The notes beneath the pieces were generated by a model. It was not told the origin of the DNA. It ran no database searches and worked only from the letters and a program-made list of their open reading frames with translations. From Schmidtea polychroa (lineage: Eukaryota), in the NCBI GenBank assembly GCA_044892525.1, contig CM097885.1, positions 251,968,001 to 252,032,000 on the forward strand: a stretch of DNA of 64,000 bases, given 5' to 3'. Of this stretch, positions 15,085 to 29,337 are shown piece after piece. Position numbers and translations under genes: made by a program. The first letter of the stretch is position 1; each line of letters begins with the position of its first letter.

Positions 15085-15392
15085 TAGAGTATAGCCGACT
15101 TTTGATCCGGAAATCGGTTTCTGTTGGATTAATCGGTATCGGCACCAACGCGAAAGACAAAAATAACAAAAAGAACGTGTTTTTAACATTTAAAATGAAA
15201 CAAAAAAGTATTAAAAAATAACAAATACCTGACATTGACAAGATTTGGTCATCATTCTATCTTCTAGCGACCTTTAAACAAAGAAAACATATACAATTAA
15301 TATTAAAATACAAATTTATGTGACTATGTTTAACTGTAACTATCCGAATCGTATCCGGAATCGGCGGGGAAATGACAATCGGCTATACCCTA
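15085..15392. mobile_element. hAT-type MITE (308 bp)
   Basis: TIR TAG(A/G)GTATAGCCGA, 13/14 match; perfect 8-bp TSD GTAAGGTA at 15077-15084 and 15393-15400. Confidence 0.9.
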
Positions 15393-15560
15393 GTAAGGTA
15401 AATTTATCTGGTTGTAAATTTATTAATGAATTTCTGACATTCATAATATGCATTTTTCAATTCCAATTTCGTAATCAACATTAGGAAATAAGTGACAAAG
15501 AAGTGATATAATTTTGTTGAAGTAAAAATAAATTAGTTAGATATTTTGTATACTCTACTT

Positions 15561-15925
15561 CAGTGGTTCTCAACCCGTGTCCCGTGGAACATCAGTGTTC
15601 GGCGAAAAAAATGACATTTTATCTTAAAATTTGCATTTAAGATACATATCATCAAAAACCTCAATTAATTTTTTTATAAGATGATTCAATAAGAAAGCCG
15701 TTACACAGATATATAAACATACAAATATAAAAGTGTTTTTATTGCTTGTTGTTGTTGCGCGTGGTATTTTCTTTGCTTATAAGAAGGCATTGTTTACGTT
15801 TACGACAGATTTATAGTAATTTGTGATTGGTCACTCATTGTGGGCAAGTATTTTTTTATCAGTGTTCCGCGTAAAAAAATCATGTGAATGGTGTTCCGCG
15901 CTTTTATATTAATTGAGAACCACTG
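15561..15925. mobile_element. hAT-type MITE (365 bp)
   Basis: TIRs CAGTGGTTCTCAA / TTGAGAACCACTG; 8-bp flanks CTCTACTT vs TTCTACTG (6/8). Confidence 0.88.
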
Positions 15926-16498
15926 TTCTACTGCTTATTCATTGTTAATTATTCATGAATATCAATTTGTGATGTAAAAGGTGGGATTCAGGTTATTAGT
16001 TTTAAATACCTGGATACTGAAATCAATTACGCCGTTATTCGGGTACCCGAACAGGTTAATTAAACTGTCAGGTTAAACACACCATGGGGAATATTTAAAG
16101 GTTTTCAACTATTCTTAGTAGGTTGTATTGTGGCCTTTAAAAATAACAAATAAATCAATTTTGACGTTTATCTTTAATGATTTCATATTCTTCAATTTCA
16201 GTTCCATTTAGATCTTGAATAATTTGTTAAACTAACTAGATTTACAATTAAATGTTCATTTGAAATCGTATGATTTCTCAAAATCAGTGTTATTAAAAGA
16301 AACACATGGCTAAACTCGATAAATTATACATCATTTGATAGAAAAGAACAGGTTTTTTTGATATGATATTAATGAAATTTTATCGATTAAAATTAAAAAA
16401 AAATTTTAATTTTAAAATATACATATGTTGATAAATTAGGTATTAATAATTAGGAATTAGTGTTACATGTAAATAATAGTACAATTTTACCAATGTAG

Positions 16499-19400
16499 AA
16501 TCAATTATATCCACCAGAAAACAATCTCAATGAGTTACACAAAAAAATATCCTTGTTAAAGAATCAATTACGGCAATTCGAGGACTCCTATCAATCAAAT
16601 AATGGAGTTAGACCAGATAAAAATGTCAAGTTGGGAAACGAATGGGTAATTAGGTCTGATTTGTAACATCTTTTTAACCTAGGGATTTCAGTATCAAAAA
16701 AATGTAAAAGATATAAAGCTATTGAAACAGGATAGAGATAATATTGTTAATTCATTTGATAAGACCAAAGACACAGAATCTGATTCAGTAAAAAGTAATA
16801 AGAAAAAAATAATTACTGGTTCTGGAGATAACAAAGATCAAAAGTATAATTCAATAACCCCATTAGATAGTAGATCGGTCATCTCTAGGCCGGTCAGTGT
16901 ATTATCTGAAACTGCAGTCCGAGTCGGTATCAATAATGAATGTAAGTTTAATATTTAAACTAAGACTATTGTGTAACTTTTACAGAAATCTTATATGTGA
17001 CGTTTATTTTTATAAATCCCACTCAGATATATTTTGTCTTCTTGCGTATTATAAATTCTTTGTACACATTCTTTGTAAAATTAAAGGCCTATTAATTCTT
17101 ACATCAACATTATTATTTGATATCGACGTTATTATTTATTATATCGACATTACTATTTATTATATCGACATTATTATTTGATATCGACATCATTATTTAT
17201 TATATCGACACCATTATTTATTATATCGACATTATTATTTATTAAATCGACATTATTATTTGATATATCGACATTATTATTTATTAAATCGACATTATTA
17301 TTTGATATATCGACATTATTATTTATTATATCAACATTATTGGTATCGAAATTATTTTTATTATAATAAATTTTATTATATCAACATTATTTGATATCGG
17401 CATCATTACTTATTATATCGACATTATTATTTATTATATCGACATTATTATTTATTATATCGACATTATTATTTTTTATATCGATATTATTATTTATTAT
17501 ATCAACATTATTGATATCGTAATTATTTTTATTATAATAAATTTTATTATATCAACATTATTTGATATCGACACCATTATTTATTATATCAACATTATTG
17601 ATATCAAAACTATTTTTATTATAAATTTTATTATATCAACATTATTTGAAATCGACTTCATTATTTATTATATCGACATTATTATTTGATATATCGATAT
17701 TATTATTTGATATATTGGCATTATTATTTTTTATATCGATATTATTATTTATTATATCGACATTATTATTTATTATATCGACATTATTATTTGATATATC
17801 GATATTATTATTTGATATATTGGCATTATTATTTTTTATATCGATATTACTATTTATTATATCGATATTATTATTTATTATATCTACATTATTATTGATA
17901 ATACCGACATTATTATTTGTAATATCGTCATGATTATTTGATATATCGACATTATTATTTGATATATCGACACTATTATTAATTATATCAACATTAATAC
18001 TTATTATATCAACAATGATATTTATTATATCATTTTCATTATATTAACATATTGCCCTTATCCCTTACCTAAATTGGGAAAATAAAAATTTTATTATATC
18101 GATTTATTATATTTTATTTATTATATCGATATTATTATTTATTATATCGACATTATTATGTATTCTAACGACATTATTATTTATTTTATCAACATTATTT
18201 GATATCGACATTATTATTTATTATATCAACATTATTATTTATTATATCGACATTATTATTTGATATATCGACATTATTATTTATTATATTAACATTATTT
18301 GATATCGACATTATCATTTATTATATCGATATTATTATTTATTATATCTACATTATTATTGATAATACCGACATTATTATTTGTAATATCGTCATGATTA
18401 TTTGATATATCGACATTATTATTTGATATATCGACACTATTATTAATTATATCAACATTAATACTTATTATATCAACAATGATATTTATTATATCATTTT
18501 CATTATATTAATATATTGCCCTTGTCCCTTACCGAAATTGGGAAAATAAAAACTTTCAATATTCCACAATTCCTAGTTTAGATTTAAACCGAAAAAATTT
18601 TGAACTTTATTTTAAAATGTGATTTGATTTCCTTGATTTCTTGATTTCAACTTTTATCAATGTTTGTTTTCTAAAAACTTTTTATTATGACTATAGATAC
18701 TTTTTTCCTTTTTCTTTATTGCTTTTTTCGAGTTACATTAGAAAAGCTGTCCATTTGTGTAATGTGATAAATTATGCGCGGTCTTTTTGACCAATTAATA
18801 AAAATATATTTATTGAAAAGTTATTTGAAAGAATATCCGGGGATTCATGATTGAAGATAAATTTAATTAATAATATGAAAGGTCCAGTTTGTGCTTTAAT
18901 CGATTTGATATAATAATTTAGCATAATCGTGGTAAACTGCTGGAATCATATAAAGATTCCCTTAATCAGTAACCATTGAATCTAGATCATTTCACAGCAT
19001 CTGAATTGATGTATATCATCTACAGATTTCAGTTTTATTGAAAAAATTCCACAGAAATTGATGCCTGTGTAAATAACAAACGCATATGTCATTCGAGATT
19101 TTCCATTTATTTTAACTTTCTATATTTGTGTTTAAAACTTTATCTATCATTCTTATCACTTGATTGATCGCTAATAGGATACTGCTTTATTATTAAAAAT
19201 AAAATAATTTCTACTTTTTTATCGGGTTCTTTTGTTCTTTTGCATTATAATTTATCATATTCTATTTTCTCTACCTTTTCATTTACCCAGTTACCCTTTG
19301 TGTTTTGATGTAATTAATAGCCTTGTTCTTTTGTTCATTCAATCAAGAAATGAATTGAAGAAATGAAATAAATGCTGAGAATGAAACTGGAGTTTGCACC

Positions 19401-22400
19401 GTTATTTTATTTATAAAAACGAAAAACTTTCAATGATTCCAGCAATTTCGTTCAGTATTAAAATTTAATGATATTTTCAAAGATTTTCCGGGTGTAAAAA
19501 GTGAAATCATAATATAGCATTTGATTGTAATGTGTTCTGTTGTTTATCTTCTTGATTAACATTAATTTTGCTCTAATATTACCTTTTAAGGATTGTCCTC
19601 AAAGTTTCCCTCGTCTTTTAAGGTAACGTCTCCGGAACGAAATGTGACAAACCAATTTCTTGTTATGGTTCTCCCGTTTTGTCTATTAATAAGAAACTTA
19701 TTTAATGATTTCGTTTTATTACTGTATATAGTCCTTAATATCTTTTGTGATCTTTATTCCTAACCTCGTGTTTCACCAATACTTTGTCCTCCACTTCTAA
19801 GTTTCTAGTTGTGTCAATTTCATTTGCTCACTTTCATTTAGTTTCTATTCTTTGAATAATTTCTGTTCCATCTAGTCCATTATTACTATGCTATTGCCAT
19901 CTATGAATTTTTCTTCCTAATATAATTTCTGAATTATCACATTTAAAACGCATTCTATATCAAGTATTCATTTTAGCCAGCTTTTTTAAAACTCCAATGA
20001 CGTGTTAACAGAGTCTCTTATGTTTATGTTTTATGTTTTTAAAAAATTTAAATATTATATATAAATCAGTTCAGAAATTAGTAATGAAAAATATTAATGA
20101 AAATCAAAACATATTCGTTTTCATTTGATATTTTCATCTCTTAGCCGCTAGAAGTAACACCCTTAACAGCACTGCAATTAATAGTTCTATTATTGAAGAT
20201 CTTAGTCCTAGAGAATATGAGAAATTAAAGATCACTCTCGATCAGATTTCAAGTCATTTGCGAGAAGAAAGAATTCGTGATAATCGTCCAGAAGATCTTG
20301 ATTTAATGACTTATGATCAGGTATGTTTCTTTTATTAAATTTTATTTTATCAATTCCATTTTTCAATATCTAAAAAAATGTTTCAATGAATTTTGATAGA
20401 AATTAAACATTTGTTCATTCAATTTATCGTCCAGATTAAAGCTTTGAAAAACTTTTTGAAAACATTTGAAAATTAATTCTAAACATCTTTCTTTAGTGCC
20501 TGAAACTTGCGCATTTAATTTTATTGAATTTTATTGAATTTTATTGAATTTCTATAATTATTTAAATTAAAATTACAAATGCATTATTGATGAAATTACA
20601 ATATTATCATCATCTGCCACGATTTATTTCTAAACTAATAAAAGAATTTACTCAAAACTGGAATTTAAACAAATTATGTGGAACATGGAACCGCTTCACC
20701 TCTATATCAGACGTATAATCGCATCAACATCAATCTTCCTGTTCTTTATATATCTCTGTGCTATCAGTGTTTAAAGTTCACCTAATGGAAATATCAGGTC
20801 GCATTTCAAAATTAAAAAAGAAAATAAGATGTATTCAAAACTCTGGAATCATAACAATTTTTGGAACATTGAACCGCTTCACCTCTATATCGAATGTATA
20901 TTACAAATGATAAATTTTGTAAAGTGGCTGTTGATATGTCTACTCGTTTTCCGATCGTAGAACGTCCAGTCAAAGGATATGTCAAGAACAAATCAACAAT
21001 TGCACTCAGATAACAGAGAATGATCCATCTCAATCGAATATTTAATGAAATGTATTGTGAAGCAAAATCTCCAAAACGCCAAATACATTTAGTACAAAGA
21101 TGTGGAATTTGATCATCCAAAACATGTGGAAACGTCGGCACCACTCAAATCTACTCGATTTTCTTATGAAAAGATTGATAAAACCAATGATGATCAATAT
21201 ATTTTCCCTATTAAAAAAATTAAATTTTAAAAAAATGCACAAAAATCAACAAAAAATCAGACTGGTTATTTTACTAATTTTTTTTAATGTTGTCATAGAT
21301 TAAGAAATATTTGAAAGCATATGTTTACCAAGGATTTTCCAGTAGAATTCAGATGCTCTTTTGTTTGAGTTCCTGTGTGCTTCTAATGTAAAATTGTTTG
21401 TATACATTGCATGTGATGCAGTAGACAACATCTTTTCGGAAAACATATATTGTTTGGTGTCTTACTGTTTTTTATTTATTATCATTTATTGTCATTTATT
21501 ATCATTTATTATCATTTATTGTCATTTATTATCATTTATTATCATTTATTTGCTAAAGATTTAATTTATACTACTACCAAGAAATCATCATTTTATATTC
21601 AATTAAATTATATTAATTGATTTATAATTGATCAATTTCATAATAATTAAATCCTAGAAGAATAATAATTATATAATGGAAGTGAGTAGAAATGATATTG
21701 CTTATATCATTGATTAAGATTNNNNNNNNNNNNNNNNNNNNNNNNNNNNNNNNNNNNNNNNNNNNNNNNNNNNNNNNNNNNNNNNNNNNNNNNNNNNNNN
21801 NNNNNNNNNNNNNNNNNNNNNNNNNNNNNNNNNNNNNNNNNNNNNNNNNNNNNNNNNNNNNNNNNNNNNNNNNNNNNNNNNNNNNNNNNNATATTACTAA
21901 TGAGAGCCAAACGCTTGAAACTAGTCTACTATTGGGATTTGCACTGGGTATCACAAAGCTTGTAATGTTTATATAACAATATTTTATGTTTTCATAGAAC
22001 AGGGGTCACATCTTCTACCTAGAAGGACGAGGCATTTATTTTTTACCACAGGAATTTATAAAGGAATTTTAGCATGTTAAAAACGGACTATGACTTGAAA
22101 GAATTATTTTCACTCACTCTCGAAGTTTTAAAGCATGCGTAAACAGATACAACAGTAAATGCTTTCATACATCTTTCTTGCAATCCACACAAAATGTCGA
22201 TGATATGTTTTCGCGTCCAGACGGTTGGCTCTACCACCGTTTTCCAGAAACACTTTCTGCGACAATATATATCTTTGATTCTATGAAATGAAGCCACTCG
22301 TCTACCTGCAAGTATTTAAACAAACGACTTCTACTGGCTATTTTACAATGAATAAATAGTGAATAAATATAAATTCGCATCATCTAATACAGCGACGGCC

Positions 22401-22485
22401 AACCTATGACCCACACGAAGAATGCAAGTGACCCATAAGTTTTGTTTTTTTTTAATTATAAAATAATAATCATACAAATGTGTTC

Positions 22486-22524
<39 letters not shown>

Positions 22525-24633
22525 TCGAACACAATTAAATTCTGATGGTTAAAACATTAGGGTCAAAAATGTCTGCTTCGTCCTTTTATGTATTTTAATT
22601 GCCCTCTCCTTCCAGTGTTAGTGAATAACCGTAGTGAATATATAATGTGATTTCCATAGCCAAACTTTGCTGAACTCGGTAATCTCTTGCTATATAGGAA
22701 TTTTTGTTTTTTGTCTCTTTCCTTTTATTGATATTTGCTTATAGATCTTGCTCCTAAAGCTTCGTGTCACTTTTCAACTTTTCCATTGCTCCTGTGATTA
22801 CTTCATATATGCCCGCTGAAATCTTTAGACGAATTAGTGAAAAATTATACTTATGAAAATTTGTTAACAGATTTATGACCACTCTGAACCTGCGTTTCAC
22901 TAAATATGAGAAAGGAAATCCAATTATTAATCTTTTTACTGTAACCACGGCAATAGATGAATAATTTATATAAAAAATCGTAAGTCAAAACTTGTATAAT
23001 TATATTTCTGAGAAAAAATCTCGAATCGAAAGTTTCATCGTTACATATTCCAGCATCATTTTCTTCTCTGAATTACTCTGTTGCTTCTTTGGTAAATTTA
23101 TCAGAATTCTCTTGAATCAGGATTGTTGACAGCACTTAATAGATCTTAATCAGTTGTCCATCGTAGTAAATTCTCGAGATAAATAACTACTCTTCAATAA
23201 CTTTCAACATCATCGTATAATTCCAAACTTTCACGTTTCCAATCATCTTCCATTTCTCGTTTATCGACCATTTTTAATAAAACTTTAATAAATTCAAATC
23301 AATTTGGAAAAATCCACGAAAATTCTGTATAAAAATATATTTGCAACTGATCATTTTTTCGTGATTTGATTTGAATTTTTGTTGAAATAATAATTGGAAA
23401 ACAGCATTATTGGTTGAAAAATATTGTATTGTTATTTTCAATACACGCAGGTTGAATCAGAGAAAGTAACGATGCAGAAGGCACTTCTAAATTTCGAATG
23501 TAAATACGGTCGGAAAAAAAATCCAAATGCAATTCAATTAATGAGGCCTTTATATGACCGTTATAGACTTGTGAAAAAACGATTAGCTCAGTCGCATGAT
23601 AAAAAGTCTGACAATATTCTAAAACCAAACTTCAATCAATCTGCTTGGACATCTGATAAAGTTTTCCAAGGGGGTATGCAATCCAGCAATTATTGTAGCG
23701 TATCTCAAGCAAATAATCTCTCAGTTATTATGCCGACAAATGTACAATTTGATAATAGTGATTTTTGTGAGGAGTCTGTCAGTATAGGCCCGACTAAACC
23801 TGATACAAATACTAGAGGTCAGTCAAAACAATCTCAATCAAACAAAAGAAATTCTAATATTTTTCAATATCGTAAAAACGTCATTTCAAATGACGTGAAT
23901 AACAATACCAATTTTTTAAAAAAGTAATTTAAAATTGGTTTTGAGGCTGGATTTAATTCCGTTTTACTATTAGTTCTTTAAGTAATATTGACGACTTGAA
24001 ATTCGAATATCAAAAATTACTGAAAGATAAAAAAGAATTACAAAGAATATTGAAAGATTTTGAAAACACTTTCGAACGAGAAACGAGTAATACNNNNNNN
24101 NNNNNNNNNNNNNNNNNNNNNNNNNNNNNNNNNNNNNNNNNNNNNNNNNNNNNNNNNNNNNNNNNNNNNNNNNNNNNNNNNNNNNNNNNNNNNNNNNNNN
24201 NNNNNNNNNNNNNNNNNNNNNNNNNNNNNNNNNNNNNNNNNNNNNNNNNNNNNNNNNNNNNNNNNNNNNNNNNNNNNNNNNNNNNNNNNNNNNNNNNNNN
24301 NNNNNNNNNNNNNNNNNNNNNNNNNNNNNNNNNNNNNNNNNNNNNNNNNNNNNNNNNNNNNNNNNNNNNNNNNNNNNNNNNNNNNNNNNTTAATATTAAT
24401 TATTATTTTTATAATAAAATTAATATTATTATAAATATTAATTTATTTTAAAGAATTATTATTATTCCATTATTAGTAATTATAATTCCTCCTGCTTAAT
24501 ATGCCCAATTATATTAGAGAGAAAAGTCGATAAATCTGACAGGTTGCCCATGGAAAGAGAATATGCTCGTTACAAACTGATAAAAAGTCGTATTAAAGAA
24601 TTGGAAGATTTATTTGAAAATTCACAATCTTGA
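16499..24633 (+). CDS. FAM13: FAM13A/B-like protein, 3' exons: 16499-16645, 16692(or 16683)-16941, 20145-20320, 23451-23923, 23983-24086, 24518-24633
   Basis: Phase-consistent GT-AG joins. Conserved FAM13 blocks: LHKKISLLKNQLRQFEDSY, RPEDLDLMTYDQ|VESEKVTMQKALLNFE..GR..MRPLYDRYRLVK, KKELQRILKDFE, RKVDKSDRLPMEREYARYKLIK. Confidence 0.88.
17100..18552. repeat. Intronic minisatellite (about 21-23 bp unit ATTATATCGACATTATTATTT) with a higher-order duplication of about 460 bp
   Basis: Direct reading; the unique tail TATTGCCCTT(A/G)TCCCTTACC..ATTGGGAAAATAAAAA occurs near 18050 and again near 18515. Confidence 0.95.
21481..21550. repeat. 10-bp tandem repeat (RTCATTTATT) x7
   Basis: Direct reading. 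Confidence 0.95.
21722..21890. other. Assembly gap (N run)
   Basis: Run of n. Confidence 1.
22489..22522. repeat. (TA)n microsatellite
   Basis: Direct reading. Confidence 0.98.
24094..24389. other. Assembly gap (N run) within a FAM13 intron
   Basis: Run of n. Confidence 1.
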
Positions 24634-25059
24634 ATGAAAATAATAAATATTGTGATAATAAATATCTCAGCTGTATTTTTATTCATCAATAATTTTCTGC
24701 TCATAATTGTATTTGTATAATCTATGAGATGCAATCTATAAATGCGTGCCGGCAATTGTAATTATTATCATTATTATTATCATTATCATTATTATTATTA
24801 TTGAAATCATTGTTTACAGATTTTGTTATTATCGTATTCCTTTACAAATATATATTTATTTATTTATTTATTTATAAATATGATTTGATTTCTATTTTAC
24901 TGGTGTGGTAAATAATCAATCAAATGTTGTGCAAATTCCACATGGATAGAATTTATCATTTCTTTGTGACAAATTAGTGTAGCAGATATTCTTGGGTAAG
25001 CAACATTAGATCAATCCAGATGTTGAGGTAATAAAATAATAAAGGTGCCACAAGAGAAG

Positions 25060-25260
25060 CCTGACAGCAAGTCGATAAGCGAAATATTGGCAATGATTGA
25101 ACTAAATTGAAGGATACAATGGCACTGAAACAGGTTGGTGTAGATATCAATAGAATCATGAGACAGAAGTTCTAAAATCGAATTCAAGGTCCAGGTGAAA
25201 CTGTCAGTGAGTTTGCTTATCATTTACCAACTTTACCAGATAAGGCCTTTGAAGTCAAAC
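25060..25260 (+). mobile_element. LTR-retrotransposon gag relic
   Basis: RIMRQKF*NRIQGPGETVSEFAYHL resembles the Retrotrans_gag major homology region. Confidence 0.6.
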
Positions 25261-25864
25261 CCGACCAAGCAAATACGGATATAGCGTGGAATAAGTTTTT
25301 ATTTACAGTATCAGAACACAAGATATATTCTTTGAAAACATAAATTCATGGAGGTACCAGCGATATGGTTAAGTGTTGAGGTTATCAGAATCTCAACTTT
25401 ATGAATTTTGGCAGTAACTGAAGGAAATATTGATGCTATCGACGGAGATAAAAAATGATGTGTTTTTTTTGCAGCAGCAGGTGGTAACAGGGTTAAAGTA
25501 AAATATATAATTATATATGAAATCGCAGAAACGTGAGTTTGTGGAAATTAAATATAATTTCGAAATTAAAATAATTTCGATTTTGAATCAGAAAACGGAT
25601 CAGAAAAAGATGAGATAGTTTGGAGTAACATGATATGAATGATTTTCTTGTGAAATGTACGGAAGAGTTTGAAAAGCCTAAATAATTTTTTTTTAATTCA
25701 AAACTTTATTAAAAATATAAAAATTTCAAACAAAAATGTAAGTTAACAAAAAAAATTCCATTCTCATTTAATTCAAGCTTATTTTTATTAAATTTCTTCT
25801 TCATCGCTGTTCAGCACAATGAAACGAAAGTGGATTTTACATCTTCAGTCCTCTTTAAAATATC

Positions 25865-26270
25865 TGTTATTGTTGGGCGTTAAGGAGTGTGTCGTGATGG
25901 TGGTTGTTAGGGGCAATGATTACTATTCAGAAGGACTCCTTCCTAAACGCCCATTATGATTATTGTCTTTACTTCCACATGTGTACCCATGATATTGATC
26001 ATGTTGGTAATGTACACGCGGGTTGGAATTCATAAGCCGGTGAGCCTCTGTGTTAGGACTACTCCTCATGATATTCTTCTTTCGGGTTCTAGAATGCCGA
26101 TAGAAGGACTTACATCTTCCTTATAAAATCATATCGAGATATTGACACGCCTCTGGTCCAATTGAGGTTGTTTCTAATCACTTTGTTTCTTTTTCACGCG
26201 ACTGTCAGACAGAAATATTCTATCATTCCTAGATACCGTTAAGACAAACGAAGATACACAACACAAAATT
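25865..26270 (+). repeat. Dispersed conserved module, copy 1
   Basis: Alignable by eye with 41885-42290 and partly with 44630-44760, 48580-48830 and 51960-52260; core CATGTTGGT...GGTGAGC...GGACTACTCC...GATAGAAGG. Confidence 0.85.
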
Positions 26271-26591
26271 GTATTAAGACCATCACAAACAAGATATTTA
26301 TACATTTAACTACACCAAACAAGTTACATAGAGTATACACGGAAGACCATAAGATCTCAAAACGAAGGGAATTACTGATCAAATTGTGTACACTGTTCGG
26401 ATGGCTATCGACGCGTCCGGCCGTTAAAATTCATCAGGTTCTTTCAGGAGAGCAGTGACGTCAATCTCCAATTGTGGATCCGGGATCCGTACAGTTCTAG
26501 AAGCGAACACAACCCGGTTTTGCGGAGTACTGGACAAGGCTTTGTTAGGTACAGATTTGTTTCGCCCCGCGCCAGGGACAGCAAACAACTT

Positions 26592-27176
26592 TTATTCCAT
26601 ATTTGAGATTTCCTCCTGTCGTTTCTTTGAGCGCTCAGCACGCGTGAGGCACTTGCGCTTTTGGGAAGTTGGCTGAACGGGAACAGTGGTGGCAGCTACC
26701 AAAGCTGTCAGTGCCGTCATTGCGTTAGATAGTTGAGTCGGTAGCACGCTGGTTCCCACTAAGATGACATCAGGTACAGGCGGAGGGACATTTCAAGGTC
26801 GTGATTGTGGCAGATCGCCGTAGAATGGGCACTGTTTTCGTCGACACGGTGATGGATTGGGAAAACGTTCGACTTGTCGATGATCGGGAACTCATTGATT
26901 CTACTTTTCTACTCCGCTTCCGAATAGATGTGGTGGAGGGCCTCTGACTGCGCCTTGATAGTGAGGCGCTGGCATCGATTCTCCTCGAGCAGACTATCTC
27001 GACAGTGCTCTAAACGCAAGATTTTCCTATTGGCCTCTTTCATGAGTAGTGAGGAGAACCACGTCCCTTCGAGCGTGTCGATACGCTTCTTCAGAACCCC
27101 GAGATGGTCGTTCAGCTTCCGGATAGTCGCATATGTCTTTGAAATATGTCTTTGGAAGATTCGGTTCAGGCGTATG
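26592..27176 (-). pseudogene. 'WFxP' coiled-coil protein, copy A (stop plus frameshift)
   Basis: KRIDTLEGTWFSSLLMKEANRKILRLEHCRDSLLEENRCQRLTIKAQSEALH ... NVFPIHH ... KRKCLTRAERSKK; homologous to 45048-45794; AG acceptor at 27177-27178. Confidence 0.85.
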
Positions 27177-29337
27177 CTAAAAATTTAGAAAGATTTAGAA
27201 AGATTTATCTAACACGATTTCAGCTAAAGTTCAGAGGCTGATGTTGCCCTTCGATTAAATAATAGGTCAAAAAAGCAAGCAGCTCTTCTTTTGACAAACT
27301 CCAATCTGTCTTCCATTCTTTCTTTTATACTTGGTTTCGGTGAAATTTTCTTCAACGTTATCATCATCTTCATTACCATATAAGATTTAAAGCTTATTTA
27401 ACTGTACGTCTTAAAGATCTTGACATAATAAAATACTTCTAATTTGAATATAGAATCAATCCGAAATTGCAAAGTAAAATTACTCACGATTAAACAAACC
27501 AACAAAAAGTTTGTTCTAGGATTTATTTTCTGTGGCTTCAAGAGAAATTGTTTTTGTTTCAGACTTTCAAAAATAAATGTAAACTTCAACTAATAGGATA
27601 TTATACAGTTTCAATGCATAAAGCTTTTATATGATGCTTTTGATGGTTCTAGTAATAAATCAAAGTTTTTTATATTTGTGATCCGCAAATTTTTCTTATA
27701 ATCATATTTGTTGAGGAATTTCATTTGTTTTTAAAGTTTTTTATTGAAATTTTGATCCCAATAAATTTTCATAATTTCCAGCAGTATCCTGAGATTTTTC
27801 ATGTTCTTGATGTCAGCGAGTGTTTGAGGCCACAAATTGCAATAATTATTAATAATAATTTATATGTATTAATGTACTTTTTGTAAACTTTGGTAGAACA
27901 CCTTATTTATTAAGGAATTCTGAATTGAAAATTAACTTGTAATTCTTATTCATACTCAAAGTGATTGTAACGATGACTTGAGATTGATGTGGAATGCGTT
28001 AAATGAACAGTTGATTCGGAATGATGACTACAAGAATTGGTTATTATTGAATGATTTTTCATGAAATAAGATGATCATCTTGTTAAAATGAAATATAAAA
28101 TTATATTTTATGAATTGAGATGTCTGATTTTACAGTCAAATCACTGTGTGAGATAATACTACACCTAAAAATATCAGTGTTTAGGAAAGTTTTATGATAC
28201 CACAGCTACAACTTCAAAGCCAATGAGACTATAGAATTTTAGGAATTCAAGATGGGTTCAAAACCCCCAAAGTTACTAAACAATGTAGAACTACAATTTA
28301 CAGAAACACAGAATCGAAGGGTTGAAAAGGTCTAAAAGGTGGAATCGAGTCTTGTTCAGTTTATGAATGGTGGTGATGTATCACAAAGCGTGATTTAATC
28401 GGTCTCATGTAATAACAAAAAATTATTTCTACCAGTCAGATATAAATACTGCATCGCCATACCGACTTCATTGTCAACATTGAGCGAAATGCAGATGAAG
28501 ACGAAGATAGGTTTAATTCATTTTCCAAGCGCTAACGCAAAAAACAAGTTAAATGATTAACTAATTTTTTTTATATGTTTATAGTTTACTTTTTGATTGT
28601 TTCAAGGTTAATTAATTTAGTTTGTTGTAGCATAAATTTAGAATAGTACGAATAAGGGAACCTTTAAGGTAGAAATCAGATAAAACCTTATATCGGTCGT
28701 TATGTATCACAACGAATGACTTATGGTACGAGTGATGTTATGATTCGGTCGCATTGGCACCTAAGTAAATCAGTTAATCCACGAACACAAAATTATTTTG
28801 ATTCAACAAATCAATTATTTCAACCTACATCTCAGGATATTTTCAAGTAAAATATATAAAATATCAAAAACTATTTAAAAAAGAAATTTTTTTCAAATTA
28901 TGAATTTTATCGTATAGTTAGTAAAACAAGTAATTGATAAAAAATTAGTTTAAATTTGATAAAGTTAACAATATCGTAAAATAACCGATAACGCTTTAAC
29001 AATTGATCTGTGAACTTTTATTATTTATAAATTTGATTTATAAATTTTATTAAATTTTATCAAAATTTATTCATTTATTTAGTTAAATATTCTAATATTT
29101 AATTAAAATAAAATTTATTAGTTAAAAACCAACGTTTTTTTTTGGAAAAATATATATTTTTTATTTTTATGAAAATATTTTTGTGCACTTTTATATTTAA
29201 TTGCATTGTTTATAGAAAGATATTTTCATATTTTTGTTTTAAAATTCTTAGTAGTTTTAAATTAATTTAAATTGTCAATTTAATATTCTAAATAAAAAAA
29301 AGTATATAATTTTATTTTCAACCAAAGCTATATAATA

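Noticed and set aside
17178-18405. I/L/F/Y-rich ORFs, and a CRISPR-like appearance of the repeat array
   Set aside because: Translations of a minisatellite; no unique spacers, no cas genes, eukaryotic context.
1119-24451. Long X-containing ORFs at 1119, 1153, 4890, 4985, 21622, 21692, 21707 and 24060
   Set aside because: Artefacts of N gaps; only the start of ORF 23996 is a real FAM13 exon.
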